Source: a virus (taxonomy: Duplodnaviria; Caudoviricetes). From it: a stretch of 27,264 nt of DNA. The DNA lies in the IMG/VR virus record IMGVR_UViG_3300020413_000061, positions 1 through 27,264 of that record. The stretch is one strand, 5' to 3'. This document shows, piece by piece, positions 9,630-18,091 of this stretch; the first letter of the stretch is position 1, and each line of letters begins with the position of its first letter. The notes below the pieces were generated by a model. It ran no database searches. It worked only from the letters and a program-made list of their open reading frames with translations, and was not told the DNA's origin. Made by a program: the position numbers and the translations under genes.

Positions 9630-10045
9630 TACAGCATATGCTCCTTAGTTGTTATAGACATACGACTTCTTATCAAACCATTTGGTGCAAGCCTCAACCA
9701 TTGTACAGGTTTCCCCGGTCCCAATAAGTGTGTGAAAAAAGTTTTATAAAAAATCATAGCGTCGTTATGTTTTCTTTTAAAGATTGTATCAATGACCCAA
9801 GTTCTATCTCCACTATTCCAATCCTCAAAATTTAGCTCCCTAGTTTCTAAATATTTTGTTTCAGCTTCTTTACTTAAAAAAGCCCAGTTTCGAAACCCAT
9901 AAAGCCCATTATCGTCTGCGTGTACTTTATATTGTCCCAAAGTTAGTGATGGATAAATGTGATAGAAAATTTCTTTTAGACTGTTTTCAAACCATAAAGG
10001 GTAATGAAACTTATATAATTCAAGGGTGTCTAAAAGCTCATCCAT
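9629..10045 (-). CDS. HlyC/RtxC-family toxin-activating acyltransferase homologue
   Basis: IYPSLTLGQY...GFRNWAFLSKEAETKYL...EDWNSGDRTWVID...WLRLAP matches the HlyC pattern as I recall it (VLPAIQANQY...AYCSWANLSLENEIKYL...EDWTSGDRKWFID...AIRVDP). Confidence 0.88.
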   Translation of the reverse strand: MDELLDTLELYKFHYPLWFENSLKEIFYHIYPSLTLGQYKVHADDNGLYGFRNWAFLSKEAETKYLETRELNFEDWNSGDRTWVIDTIFKRKHNDAMIFYKTFFTHLLGPGKPVQWLRLAPNGLIRSRMSITTKEHML

Positions 10046-10071
10046 AATTTACCGCAAGATGGTTAGTCTTG

Positions 10072-10314
10072 TTATTCGCCTGATCCAGCGCCCATTGGCA
10101 ACTGAACTACTTTAACCTGTATATCTTTAGCCTTGTGTACTGCCCAAGGCTGACCGCAGTTGCTACAAACACCTGTGGCTTGTTCATCAGAATCTACCTC
10201 ATTATCGCAATTTTTACAATATATTCTCTCATAAACTTCAGGCTGTACAACTGGAACCTCTACCCCTTCTACCCATGTTGTGCCAATCACCTTAGAATCT
10301 TGAACTTTTTTCAT
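10072..10314 (-). CDS. Small zinc-ribbon protein (80 aa)
   Basis: CKNC...CSNC pair. TAATG overlap with the upstream gene. Confidence 0.7.
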   Translation of the reverse strand: MKKVQDSKVIGTTWVEGVEVPVVQPEVYERIYCKNCDNEVDSDEQATGVCSNCGQPWAVHKAKDIQVKVVQLPMGAGSGE

Positions 10315-10670
10315 TAAGTTATCTGCAATATTGATAAAACTACGTGTAAGGCATTGCCTGAAGATGCTTGTACTTTTAATTGATCTCCATCTTCTAAAAC
10401 TAAAGGTTGGGTAATTAACTCTGTGGTTGTGTTCGCAGCTATAGACTTTGCCTCAAATAATTTAATGGTTGCTGGTCCTAAGCTTTTATCTAATATTGAT
10501 ATTGTAATTGTTACAGCACCACCAGAATCATTACAAACTAAAATATTTTTTATAAGAGAGGTTACAGGGTCTTGAGCAGGTTGAGTAATCTGTGCCGTAG
10601 GCACAGTGTAAATTGTCTGTTCATTTGTATTCGTTAAATCTAAACTTTTATTTATATATTGGTCAGCCAT
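10314..10670 (-). CDS. Small beta-rich virion-associated protein (118 aa; start revised to ATG 10670)
   Basis: ATG 10670 overlaps the stop of the 55-aa upstream ORF (TAATG). The TIYTVP...ILVCN...LVLEDGDQLKV pattern is typical of small phage tail-associated proteins. Confidence 0.75.
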   Translation of the reverse strand: MADQYINKSLDLTNTNEQTIYTVPTAQITQPAQDPVTSLIKNILVCNDSGGAVTITISILDKSLGPATIKLFEAKSIAANTTTELITQPLVLEDGDQLKVQASSGNALHVVLSILQIT

Positions 10671-10837
10671 TATAATCCAAACCATGTTCTTGCTAAAACT
10701 GAATCTTTTAAATCTGTTTGATAACTAAAATTTAATTGATTAATCACAGCTTCTAGTTCTCTAATTAAAAGGTCTTGTTGTTCTCTTGTAAACTCATCTT
10801 TAGGTAAAGGAAACCTAGTTACTTTTATTCTTGCCAT
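10670..10837 (-). CDS. Hypothetical 55-aa protein
   Basis: Not in ORF track: MARIKVTRFPLPKDEFTREQQDLLIRELEAVINQLNFSYQTDLKDSVLARTWFGL. Fills the gap exactly, with TAATG overlaps at both ends. Confidence 0.8.
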   Translation of the reverse strand: MARIKVTRFPLPKDEFTREQQDLLIRELEAVINQLNFSYQTDLKDSVLARTWFGL

Positions 10838-12660
10838 TATCTTGCTCCATCCGGAGTTATATCATATCTAAAAGTACCAAAACGCCAGTTAGAATCTGTA
10901 GCACTACTACTTAATACAATATTAGATTGTCTCCCACGACCTCTAACAGAAAAATGTTTAGTGGTAGGAGTTATGTTAGAATTAAAATTACGTGGTGTAG
11001 TCGATGTAGGGTAGTTTAAAAAATTTAAACCTACATTAACAGTGCCAGCTAAATTTTTAAAATCAGGTATAACTCTACTAATGTGATAAACTTGATCTCC
11101 ATCTTCAATATCAATATCACCAGAAGTTAAAGAACACGTCATAGCCCCGCCATCATCATTTAATCCGTCTTCGTGTCTGTAAATTTGTGATGACCCAGCT
11201 GTCACACCTCTTATTGTTTCATTTGTAGGTAAATCGTTTGGATAATACCTAGAAGCAAACGGGTTAGAATAAACACCTCTATCAGACCATGCAGTTCTTG
11301 CAAAACCTGTGTTAGTATACCAAACATCTTCTAAGTAATTATAAGTTACACTTCTATTAATAGCACTAGAACCTTTTGAAGGATAAAACCAAGTTACTTC
11401 GTTAAAGTCTACGTTAATACCTGCGTATACTTGAACTTGTGCTGTCGTATCAAGATCATCAAAAACATAACTTTGAACAGTACAATCTAATTTTTTAACA
11501 GAACCATCAAAAATGTAAAAAGCTGTTTGTGACATCCAATAACTTACACCGTTAACTTCTGCCCAACAAAAAGGAGAGATAGCCCCACAACTTGATCCAA
11601 CTTGTTGTAAACTAAAAACAGCATCCCCACCAATAAGTGTAAGAATGTTTAAAGAAGAATCTGTCCATACTAAAACACTACCACGAGATCTAGTAGCAGC
11701 CATTATTTTAGAACCTTCTTGAACCTGATCAGAACCTGATGCGTTTTCTCTTAAACTAGTAAATGTCCAAGATGTGTAGTCTCGTTGTGCTGACCAACGA
11801 ATCAACATGTTGTTCTGTGTTCCTGGGGTTCCTATTGTTTCTTCTGTTCCTAAACATAAAACAAACTGACCATTTGTAACTAATAAAAACCTACTCGTAC
11901 TTGGAGCTTGTGTTATTACTTGTGCTGGAGTTGCAACACCACCTGATAAATCCCATCTGTATAAAGCGCCGTTGTTCCTTATTGCAAATAAATCTTCTCC
12001 TAAAATATCAAAAGACCAAGACGTAGCTTCTACAAAAATAGCAGAAGAAGTTCTAGGCGTGTTCCACGATCCGGCGTTCCATGTAGCAGTACCCCAACCA
12101 AAACCAAAACTACTAGTAGCTGATCCTACGTTTATTTGATACTTAGCTGTTACTGTACCTCCACCTGTACCTGCACTTACGTTTCCTGTATGTGTAATAG
12201 TGTAAGAGTTAGCATCTACAATACTTGTAATTTCATACTCTGCGTTAAAGTCAGCTCCGTTTAAAGTAGAAGCTCCACTGTAGGTTACAAAACTTCCTTC
12301 TGTTGCTCCGTGGTTTGTATGCGCTACTGTTATCGTAGCTGTACCGTTTGCAGTAAAAGGACCAGATAAAGTTGCGCTTAATCTTTCAGGTGTAATATTA
12401 CTTACAACACCTTCTGAATACACATACAGTTTTCTATCTGTACCAATTGCCATGAATCTAACACCGGCCGTTGAGTACCAAGTTTTTTGTGCACGAACCA
12501 CACCACATATTTTAGGAGCAACTAGTTTAGTCCACCCTCCAATTTTTTCAGGTAGTTTTGCTCTAAACCTAACATTGACACAATCTATCCATCTACCTTC
12601 TGCTCCGTAGTTTGTAGTTTCTTTATCAATACCTGGTGCTATATTAACTTTACTCAGCAT
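10837..12660 (-). CDS. Tail nozzle/hub protein (P22 gp10 / T7 gp12-like) with inserted FCCH-like beta domain
   Basis: 607 aa, Trp-rich beta-propeller-like repeats (IRWS, VSYWMS, EVTWFYP). HTNHGATEGSFVTYSG insert. Position before the ejection genes. Confidence 0.75.
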   Translation of the reverse strand: MLSKVNIAPGIDKETTNYGAEGRWIDCVNVRFRAKLPEKIGGWTKLVAPKICGVVRAQKTWYSTAGVRFMAIGTDRKLYVYSEGVVSNITPERLSATLSGPFTANGTATITVAHTNHGATEGSFVTYSGASTLNGADFNAEYEITSIVDANSYTITHTGNVSAGTGGGTVTAKYQINVGSATSSFGFGWGTATWNAGSWNTPRTSSAIFVEATSWSFDILGEDLFAIRNNGALYRWDLSGGVATPAQVITQAPSTSRFLLVTNGQFVLCLGTEETIGTPGTQNNMLIRWSAQRDYTSWTFTSLRENASGSDQVQEGSKIMAATRSRGSVLVWTDSSLNILTLIGGDAVFSLQQVGSSCGAISPFCWAEVNGVSYWMSQTAFYIFDGSVKKLDCTVQSYVFDDLDTTAQVQVYAGINVDFNEVTWFYPSKGSSAINRSVTYNYLEDVWYTNTGFARTAWSDRGVYSNPFASRYYPNDLPTNETIRGVTAGSSQIYRHEDGLNDDGGAMTCSLTSGDIDIEDGDQVYHISRVIPDFKNLAGTVNVGLNFLNYPTSTTPRNFNSNITPTTKHFSVRGRGRQSNIVLSSSATDSNWRFGTFRYDITPDGAR

Positions 12661-12790
12661 CTACTATCTCCTGAAATTTTTTATGTTCTTCTATACATTC
12701 AGCTGTTGTTTCGTCTTTTGATAAAAGAAAAGCTAATTTTGCTTTTTCAACAAGTTCTTCTGCTGTACTTTCATTTGTAATATCTGCCAT
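12650..12790 (-). CDS. Hypothetical 46-aa protein
   Basis: Not in ORF track: MADITNESTAEELVEKAKLAFLLSKDETTAECIEEHKKFQEIVDAE. GGAGG-ATAAC RBS before the ATG. Overlaps the nozzle start. Confidence 0.7.
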   Translation of the reverse strand: MADITNESTAEELVEKAKLAFLLSKDETTAECIEEHKKFQEIVDAE

Positions 12791-12791
12791 G

Positions 12792-14519
12792 TTATCCTCC
12801 GTCTGTACCTAAATTCTTTGTACCATAATAATGAGATAATTTCATGTTTTGTTTATTAATTTTAACAAAGGCGTTATCTTCTAAATTCGATGTTCCTGTA
12901 CTATATGAAGCAGTAGCCGTTTCATTTGAACCGCCTAAAGCAGAATCCCAACCAGGTGTAATATTACTAACACTAAAAACCCCTGAAGCATTACTTGTTG
13001 CTTTGTAGGTGCCTCCTATAGAAGCTCTAGATCTAAACCTCATGGTCCCTGTACTTGGATAATTATTATATATATAAGGAAAGACTGGATTGGATGCATA
13101 TAAAGATCCTGTGCCACTTCCTGCACTGCCTCCTGGTGGGCTTTGAGAACTAAAACCAGGATTTCCAGCAGTATTAATTAGATTAGAATAAGTTGACGTA
13201 ACTGTAGATCTATTCGCACTAGCAGGCATGTAAACTGTAAAACTATAATCACTAGTAGCTGATCCGGAAGTAAGGTCTCTTGCAAACCTAATACTTGGTC
13301 TTGTATTTTGTCCAAATCTTTGAGTTGACGCTGTACCTCCCCAGTTAGTCTGGAGAGTAAATTGATTATTACTACCCGAGTCAAAATAATTTGTATAAAA
13401 AGTTTGGTATCTAGCTCCACCATTTGCTTGATAAAAAGGAGTAAAAAAATACCAATCAGAAGAGTTATTAGTCACTGTACAACTTACAGTAGATCCACTA
13501 CCTCCCCAACTAACACTAAAAGTACCAGTAGAAGGGATACCGTTATAGACATTAGCTATTGTTCCGCTATTACCGCTACGTAAATACTGGCCAACTCCAG
13601 ACGCAGTATTAGGTATATTACCTCCACTAGTAGGACCACCGTTTATGTATCCATTACCTGAACCTGTGTATGGATACACTCTAAAATAACCTGCTGAACC
13701 AGTAGTATTCCAACCTCCGCCTAATTGACCTACAGGGCCACTCCAATTTATTGCGTAAAAATAACCAACATATACACTAGGTGCCATTCCTCCTGCGGTT
13801 ACACTAGGGTAAGCAGAAACAGTCATTTGACTTGTTATGCTTTGTCCCGGAGGAATCATACCAGGTACACGTTGTGGACTTACACTTGTTGTAAATAAAG
13901 ATCCACCTGATACTTTACCTGATTCAGAACCACCTGAATAACTAGAATTTAAAGTAACATCACAATAAGGTCTGTTCATTGTAACTAATCTATTAGTATC
14001 AGGAAAAGAACTTATTACAGGAGTATAATTAGTTCCACTCACTGTTTGTTGTGTATTGGTATTTAGATAAACTATGTTTGTACCTATGCTTTCACTTGTG
14101 CCTCCAGCTGCAGTGGATAAATCACATACAACATGAGTATAGCCACCTCCATGGTAAGAGCTGCTAGCATCGTAAACAGCTCCATTATTAGAAACCCCTG
14201 AAGCTAAATTACTTCCTGATGTATTGTCTGTAGTAGACACATAAAAAGGAACGTTAACAGTTGATTGCAATAAAAATCTTATTCTTAATTTCCCTGGAAA
14301 AGAAAAATAAGTATATGGAAAAAAACCTCCACTAACTCCTTGAATTGTAAAATGTTGGCCTGTCCAAGCTACATAAATAATGTCTTCTTGTATACCACCA
14401 AAATTATCTGGATATCTTGCTATGTAGTCGCCAAGTTTAATATTAGACTGACCCCCGCTAGAATTAAACTCATTCATAAGATTAGAAAAAGTTATTGCGC
14501 CGGATGCTGTAACTGTCAT
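12792..14519 (-). CDS. Putative tail fibre tip adhesin/receptor-binding protein (575 aa)
   Basis: S/G/T/N/Y-rich beta composition. N-terminal ASGAITFSNLxxEF...IKLGDY motif. ATGA overlap with the upstream S74-type fibre. Confidence 0.65.
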   Translation of the reverse strand: MTVTASGAITFSNLMNEFNSSGGQSNIKLGDYIARYPDNFGGIQEDIIYVAWTGQHFTIQGVSGGFFPYTYFSFPGKLRIRFLLQSTVNVPFYVSTTDNTSGSNLASGVSNNGAVYDASSSYHGGGYTHVVCDLSTAAGGTSESIGTNIVYLNTNTQQTVSGTNYTPVISSFPDTNRLVTMNRPYCDVTLNSSYSGGSESGKVSGGSLFTTSVSPQRVPGMIPPGQSITSQMTVSAYPSVTAGGMAPSVYVGYFYAINWSGPVGQLGGGWNTTGSAGYFRVYPYTGSGNGYINGGPTSGGNIPNTASGVGQYLRSGNSGTIANVYNGIPSTGTFSVSWGGSGSTVSCTVTNNSSDWYFFTPFYQANGGARYQTFYTNYFDSGSNNQFTLQTNWGGTASTQRFGQNTRPSIRFARDLTSGSATSDYSFTVYMPASANRSTVTSTYSNLINTAGNPGFSSQSPPGGSAGSGTGSLYASNPVFPYIYNNYPSTGTMRFRSRASIGGTYKATSNASGVFSVSNITPGWDSALGGSNETATASYSTGTSNLEDNAFVKINKQNMKLSHYYGTKNLGTDGG

Positions 14520-15316
14520 TTTTTTACCTTGGCGGACAACTCATTAATTGCTTGCACGAGCAGTCCAATTAATTTTTCATACTTTACACCAAGAGTACCA
14601 TCTTCTCTTTTAGCTACAACTTCTGGCAAAACTTTTTCTACGTCTTGTGCTACAATTCCTACATCATGCTTTCTAACAAAATACCCATCTTCACCACCAC
14701 GATTTTTTATGTGGTCGTCTTTCCAATCAAATTTAACACCACGGATAGCGTTAACTTTATCTAATGCATTTTCTATTGTTGTTATGTTTTCTTTTAATCT
14801 TTCATCAGAAGAATAATAAGCTGTAATTTCATTTATTGCTCGTATCTCGCCGGTAGTTGAACCAACACTAGTTGTACCTACAGATAAACCTCCATCTACT
14901 CGACAACCCCCTGCTTCTGTCATAAGACGACCAACATTATTGTGATACAATTGAACACTACCATCTGGAACTGCATAAATCATAGTTTCTGATGCATCAT
15001 TGTTTGTAACATAAAAACCATTTAAAACTGTAATTACACCATTCGTGCCATTTGAATATAATTTCATGTCTGTTCCAGCGCCCATTTGTATTCTAGCTGG
15101 AGCTGGGCCAGTACTATCAGGGAACACAACACTACCTGTCATTGTACCACCTGCTGTTTGTAATCTGCCTGTAATTTGTGTTTGTGCGTTAGAAGATAAA
15201 CTGTTTATAAATTGATACTCTGTATTATCAACAGATCCATCTGCAATATTGGTAGCACCAATACCTGATAAATTTGCTCCACTAAATGCATATTTTTTTG
15301 ATTCGTATGTTGCCAT
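14516..15316 (-). CDS. Tail fibre protein with C-terminal Peptidase_S74 intramolecular chaperone
   Basis: SSDERLKENI...ALDKVNAIRGVKFDW...VGIVAQDVEKVLPEVV...VKYEKLIGLLVQAINEL. Confidence 0.9.
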   Translation of the reverse strand: MATYESKKYAFSGANLSGIGATNIADGSVDNTEYQFINSLSSNAQTQITGRLQTAGGTMTGSVVFPDSTGPAPARIQMGAGTDMKLYSNGTNGVITVLNGFYVTNNDASETMIYAVPDGSVQLYHNNVGRLMTEAGGCRVDGGLSVGTTSVGSTTGEIRAINEITAYYSSDERLKENITTIENALDKVNAIRGVKFDWKDDHIKNRGGEDGYFVRKHDVGIVAQDVEKVLPEVVAKREDGTLGVKYEKLIGLLVQAINELSAKVKK

Positions 15317-16260
15317 TATGATATCCTCTGAAATAATCCGCTGCCAGAAATAGTATAAGTTCCACCGCTGTTTCCTGAAGTGGTAAACTTATTATAAATA
15401 GCGGATGAAATACATCTCCAGGTTCCAGCTTCAGTTGCTCTAGTTTTACCTTGTATACCGCTACTGGTTCCAGCAAACCCTGGAACTAGATAACCAAGAC
15501 TACTTGTGTCTTGTGGTCCAGAAGAACTAGCGCTGTTGTTATATTCTACAGAACTGGATAAATATTTATTACTAGAATTATATGTGGATGGAACAACTTC
15601 AGTCCCGACACCTATACTAGTATTACTATCAGTACCAGAACCATCATAATAAAGAGCAAAATACTTTAAAGCGCCTACAGCAGTTGAATTAACTGGTATT
15701 CCAGATGTTCCTGCCGGTCCCGTAGGTCCAGTCGGCCCTGAAGGTCCAGTCGGTCCGGTGCCACCTGGTGGCCCAGTCGGTCCCGTAGGTAAATTTGACA
15801 TTCCAGAAGCATCACCAGTAACAGCAGTTGCCGCTAACGTTCCCGAGACGGTCACCCCCGACGCACTGGTAACGAGCTTCTCCACGTTATTATGCCGTAG
15901 TCCTACAGCGCCATCTGCAGCGGCGGTTAAGTGTGTTTCGTTTTCTGCTTGGTTCATTAATTTAATACTGTCACCAGCAATGCGAAGTTCACCAGTTGTA
16001 TTATTAATTTTAGAATTATTAGTATCGTGTGAAATAACTAAATCAGTTCCGCTACCGATATTTAAATTTTGTGAATCATTTACTCTTACACCGCCTGTAA
16101 ATGTAGCACCAGCTAGAGGCGCTCTAGCGGTTATTTGTGTTTGTGCGTTGGAAGCTAAAGTATTTATAAACTGATACTCAGCGTTTGTTACAGAGCCGTC
16201 AGCAACTTGAGTAGCTGCTATTGGAATGGTAGCATATTTCTTTGACTCATATGTCGCCAT
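15316..16260 (-). CDS. Tail fibre protein with collagen-like repeat
   Basis: G-P-X run (GPTGPPGGTGPTGPSGPTGPTGPAG). N-terminus paralogous to the 266-aa fibre. Confidence 0.85.
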   Translation of the reverse strand: MATYESKKYATIPIAATQVADGSVTNAEYQFINTLASNAQTQITARAPLAGATFTGGVRVNDSQNLNIGSGTDLVISHDTNNSKINNTTGELRIAGDSIKLMNQAENETHLTAAADGAVGLRHNNVEKLVTSASGVTVSGTLAATAVTGDASGMSNLPTGPTGPPGGTGPTGPSGPTGPTGPAGTSGIPVNSTAVGALKYFALYYDGSGTDSNTSIGVGTEVVPSTYNSSNKYLSSSVEYNNSASSSGPQDTSSLGYLVPGFAGTSSGIQGKTRATEAGTWRCISSAIYNKFTTSGNSGGTYTISGSGLFQRIS

Positions 16261-16261
16261 T

Positions 16262-16993
16262 TTACTTCTCCGTTATTTTCCAGCCGTAAGTCGCTCCTGT
16301 GTAGACCAATGAAAATGCTGCACCCTCTGTAGAAACAGTTCCTGCTGAAGCAGCACCAAAAACTTTATCAGAACCGCCTGGTGTAATTGTCAATGCATTA
16401 CTATCAAAGTTGTCTGCTAAATCCATAAAACGAACCTCAGAACCGACAGGTGGAGTTGTAGGTAAAGTTAAATTTACAGTATTAGATGATGTGTTTACAA
16501 AAATATTTTCCCCAGCAAAAACATTATCTGTTGCTGCGGTAACTGTTCTCCATGTAGAAGATGATGTTTCTAATGGATACCAAGTTGTACCATCTGTTGC
16601 TGCATATAATTTTTGTCCGGGTGATAAGATTTGTTGATTAGATGCACTACCTGTTCCTCCAACATCAAGAGTCATAGTAGCATTGCCAGTACCATCATTT
16701 ATAATGTAATAAATTTTTTCTACCGCTGGAAAGTTAACTGTAAAAGCAGTTGTAAAACTATGAAACCTAATCGCAGCTGATCTAGCTTGGTTAGAAGCCG
16801 CGACCACCGGTCCATTGCCACTTGATAATGTTAAGGGAGAAGATACACCATTTAAGCTTATAGCTAAAACACCTGCTATAGCTTCTTCTAATGATCTAGA
16901 TAATGTGTTGTTTGTGGTATTACCCCACGAGTTAGATTGTTCTCCAGAACCGATTAGCTCTAGTTTTAATCTTGATGAATAAGTTGATGCCAT
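16262..16993 (-). CDS. Tail fibre proximal/attachment protein
   Basis: MASTYSSRLKLEL...WGNTTN N-terminus and a C-terminal FVNTSS...LTLP...FMD...NALTI repeat of the type seen in phage proximal fibres. Confidence 0.7.
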   Translation of the reverse strand: MASTYSSRLKLELIGSGEQSNSWGNTTNNTLSRSLEEAIAGVLAISLNGVSSPLTLSSGNGPVVAASNQARSAAIRFHSFTTAFTVNFPAVEKIYYIINDGTGNATMTLDVGGTGSASNQQILSPGQKLYAATDGTTWYPLETSSSTWRTVTAATDNVFAGENIFVNTSSNTVNLTLPTTPPVGSEVRFMDLADNFDSNALTITPGGSDKVFGAASAGTVSTEGAAFSLVYTGATYGWKITEK

Positions 16994-18091
16994 TTATTGC
17001 TCCGTCCAATTACTTCCGTCTGTTGGTACTGTAACCTCGGTCCACGTCCCGCTTGCAGGTGTACTGACCTCAGTCCACGTTCCGCTAGTTGTAGCATTTA
17101 TATTGGTCCATGTCGAGCCGAAACCTGGATCGGTATTCGTCCAGTTACCTACGTCAGGCACTGTAATATCGTTCCAACCACTAAACACAGATACATCGCC
17201 TACACTACCATTTAATAAAAATCCGTCAACAGGCCTTAATTGGTTAATTGTTATAGAAACGGATCCTAAAGAAAGAGCTACCTGATTACCAGTTACTGTA
17301 AATATTTTTGCAATTACAGGTTCTATGGAAGGACTAGTTAAAGTCAGCTGTTGGCCTGTAGTATTCGCTATGGCTACACCAGATATAGTGATGTAGTTGT
17401 TAACGGTTATTGTATTACCCATCGCATTGCCGTGGACCGAGCAATAGTATCTTAAACTATCTGGTGCACCGGCGGGTACAGTGAATTCAACTTTAGCACC
17501 TGCTTGACCAGGTGTGCCAGTTACAACAACCCCGTCTGTATATGAAGCTCCAGAAGCATTTTTAAATCTAAGAGGGTGATTACTGTTTGTACCTGCACTT
17601 TGGTCAAAGACATATTTAGTTGCTCTAAACATACTGATAGCAGGATTAGCAGATCCATTTAATACAAATACATTTCCTGAACCATAGTTGACAACAGTAA
17701 CTGTATAATTAACAACGTCAGGTTGCGAAGACAAAGTGTTTTCAAAACCTGATACTTGTTGCACTTGTTGTGCATCAATAGTTACACTTCCTACACCTGC
17801 TGTTAATTGTTGCCCTGTTACATCAATGTGTGAATTACAAACTAACTGTGATTGTCCATTCCAATTAACAGATAAATTTAATTGTTGTCCTAAATTACCT
17901 GGTGCTATACGACCAGTCTCTTGACCAAGTGTAAGCGTCATTGCTTGACCAAAAACTTGATGACCACTATCTCCTGTTACTTCTTGTGTAAAACCTTCTT
18001 GAACTGTTAGTTGATTACCAGTTAACGCTACTAAAGTAATATCTAGCGTCGAGAAAGGTGCAGTTGCAAATGGAGCGTCTGATATAGGCAT
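16994..18091 (-). CDS. Tail-associated structural protein with cupredoxin-like insert and C-terminal Trp repeats
   Basis: Repeated xTGQQLTL strands, NHPLRF...YYCSVHGNAM, and periodic Trp at the C-terminus. Confidence 0.7.
   Translation of the reverse strand: MPISDAPFATAPFSTLDITLVALTGNQLTVQEGFTQEVTGDSGHQVFGQAMTLTLGQETGRIAPGNLGQQLNLSVNWNGQSQLVCNSHIDVTGQQLTAGVGSVTIDAQQVQQVSGFENTLSSQPDVVNYTVTVVNYGSGNVFVLNGSANPAISMFRATKYVFDQSAGTNSNHPLRFKNASGASYTDGVVVTGTPGQAGAKVEFTVPAGAPDSLRYYCSVHGNAMGNTITVNNYITISGVAIANTTGQQLTLTSPSIEPVIAKIFTVTGNQVALSLGSVSITINQLRPVDGFLLNGSVGDVSVFSGWNDITVPDVGNWTNTDPGFGSTWTNINATTSGTWTEVSTPASGTWTEVTVPTDGSNWTEQ
16997..17180 (-). repeat. Degenerate ~11-aa Trp repeat (six Trp) in the coding sequence
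   Basis: WNDITVPDVGN WTNTDPGFGST WTNINATTSGT WTEVSTPASGT WTEVTVPTDGSN WTEQ. Confidence 0.85.

Noticed and set aside
10671-10685. ORF-track start of the 123-aa protein (MVWII...)
   Set aside because: ATG 10670 is coupled to the stop of the 55-aa upstream gene and is the better start.
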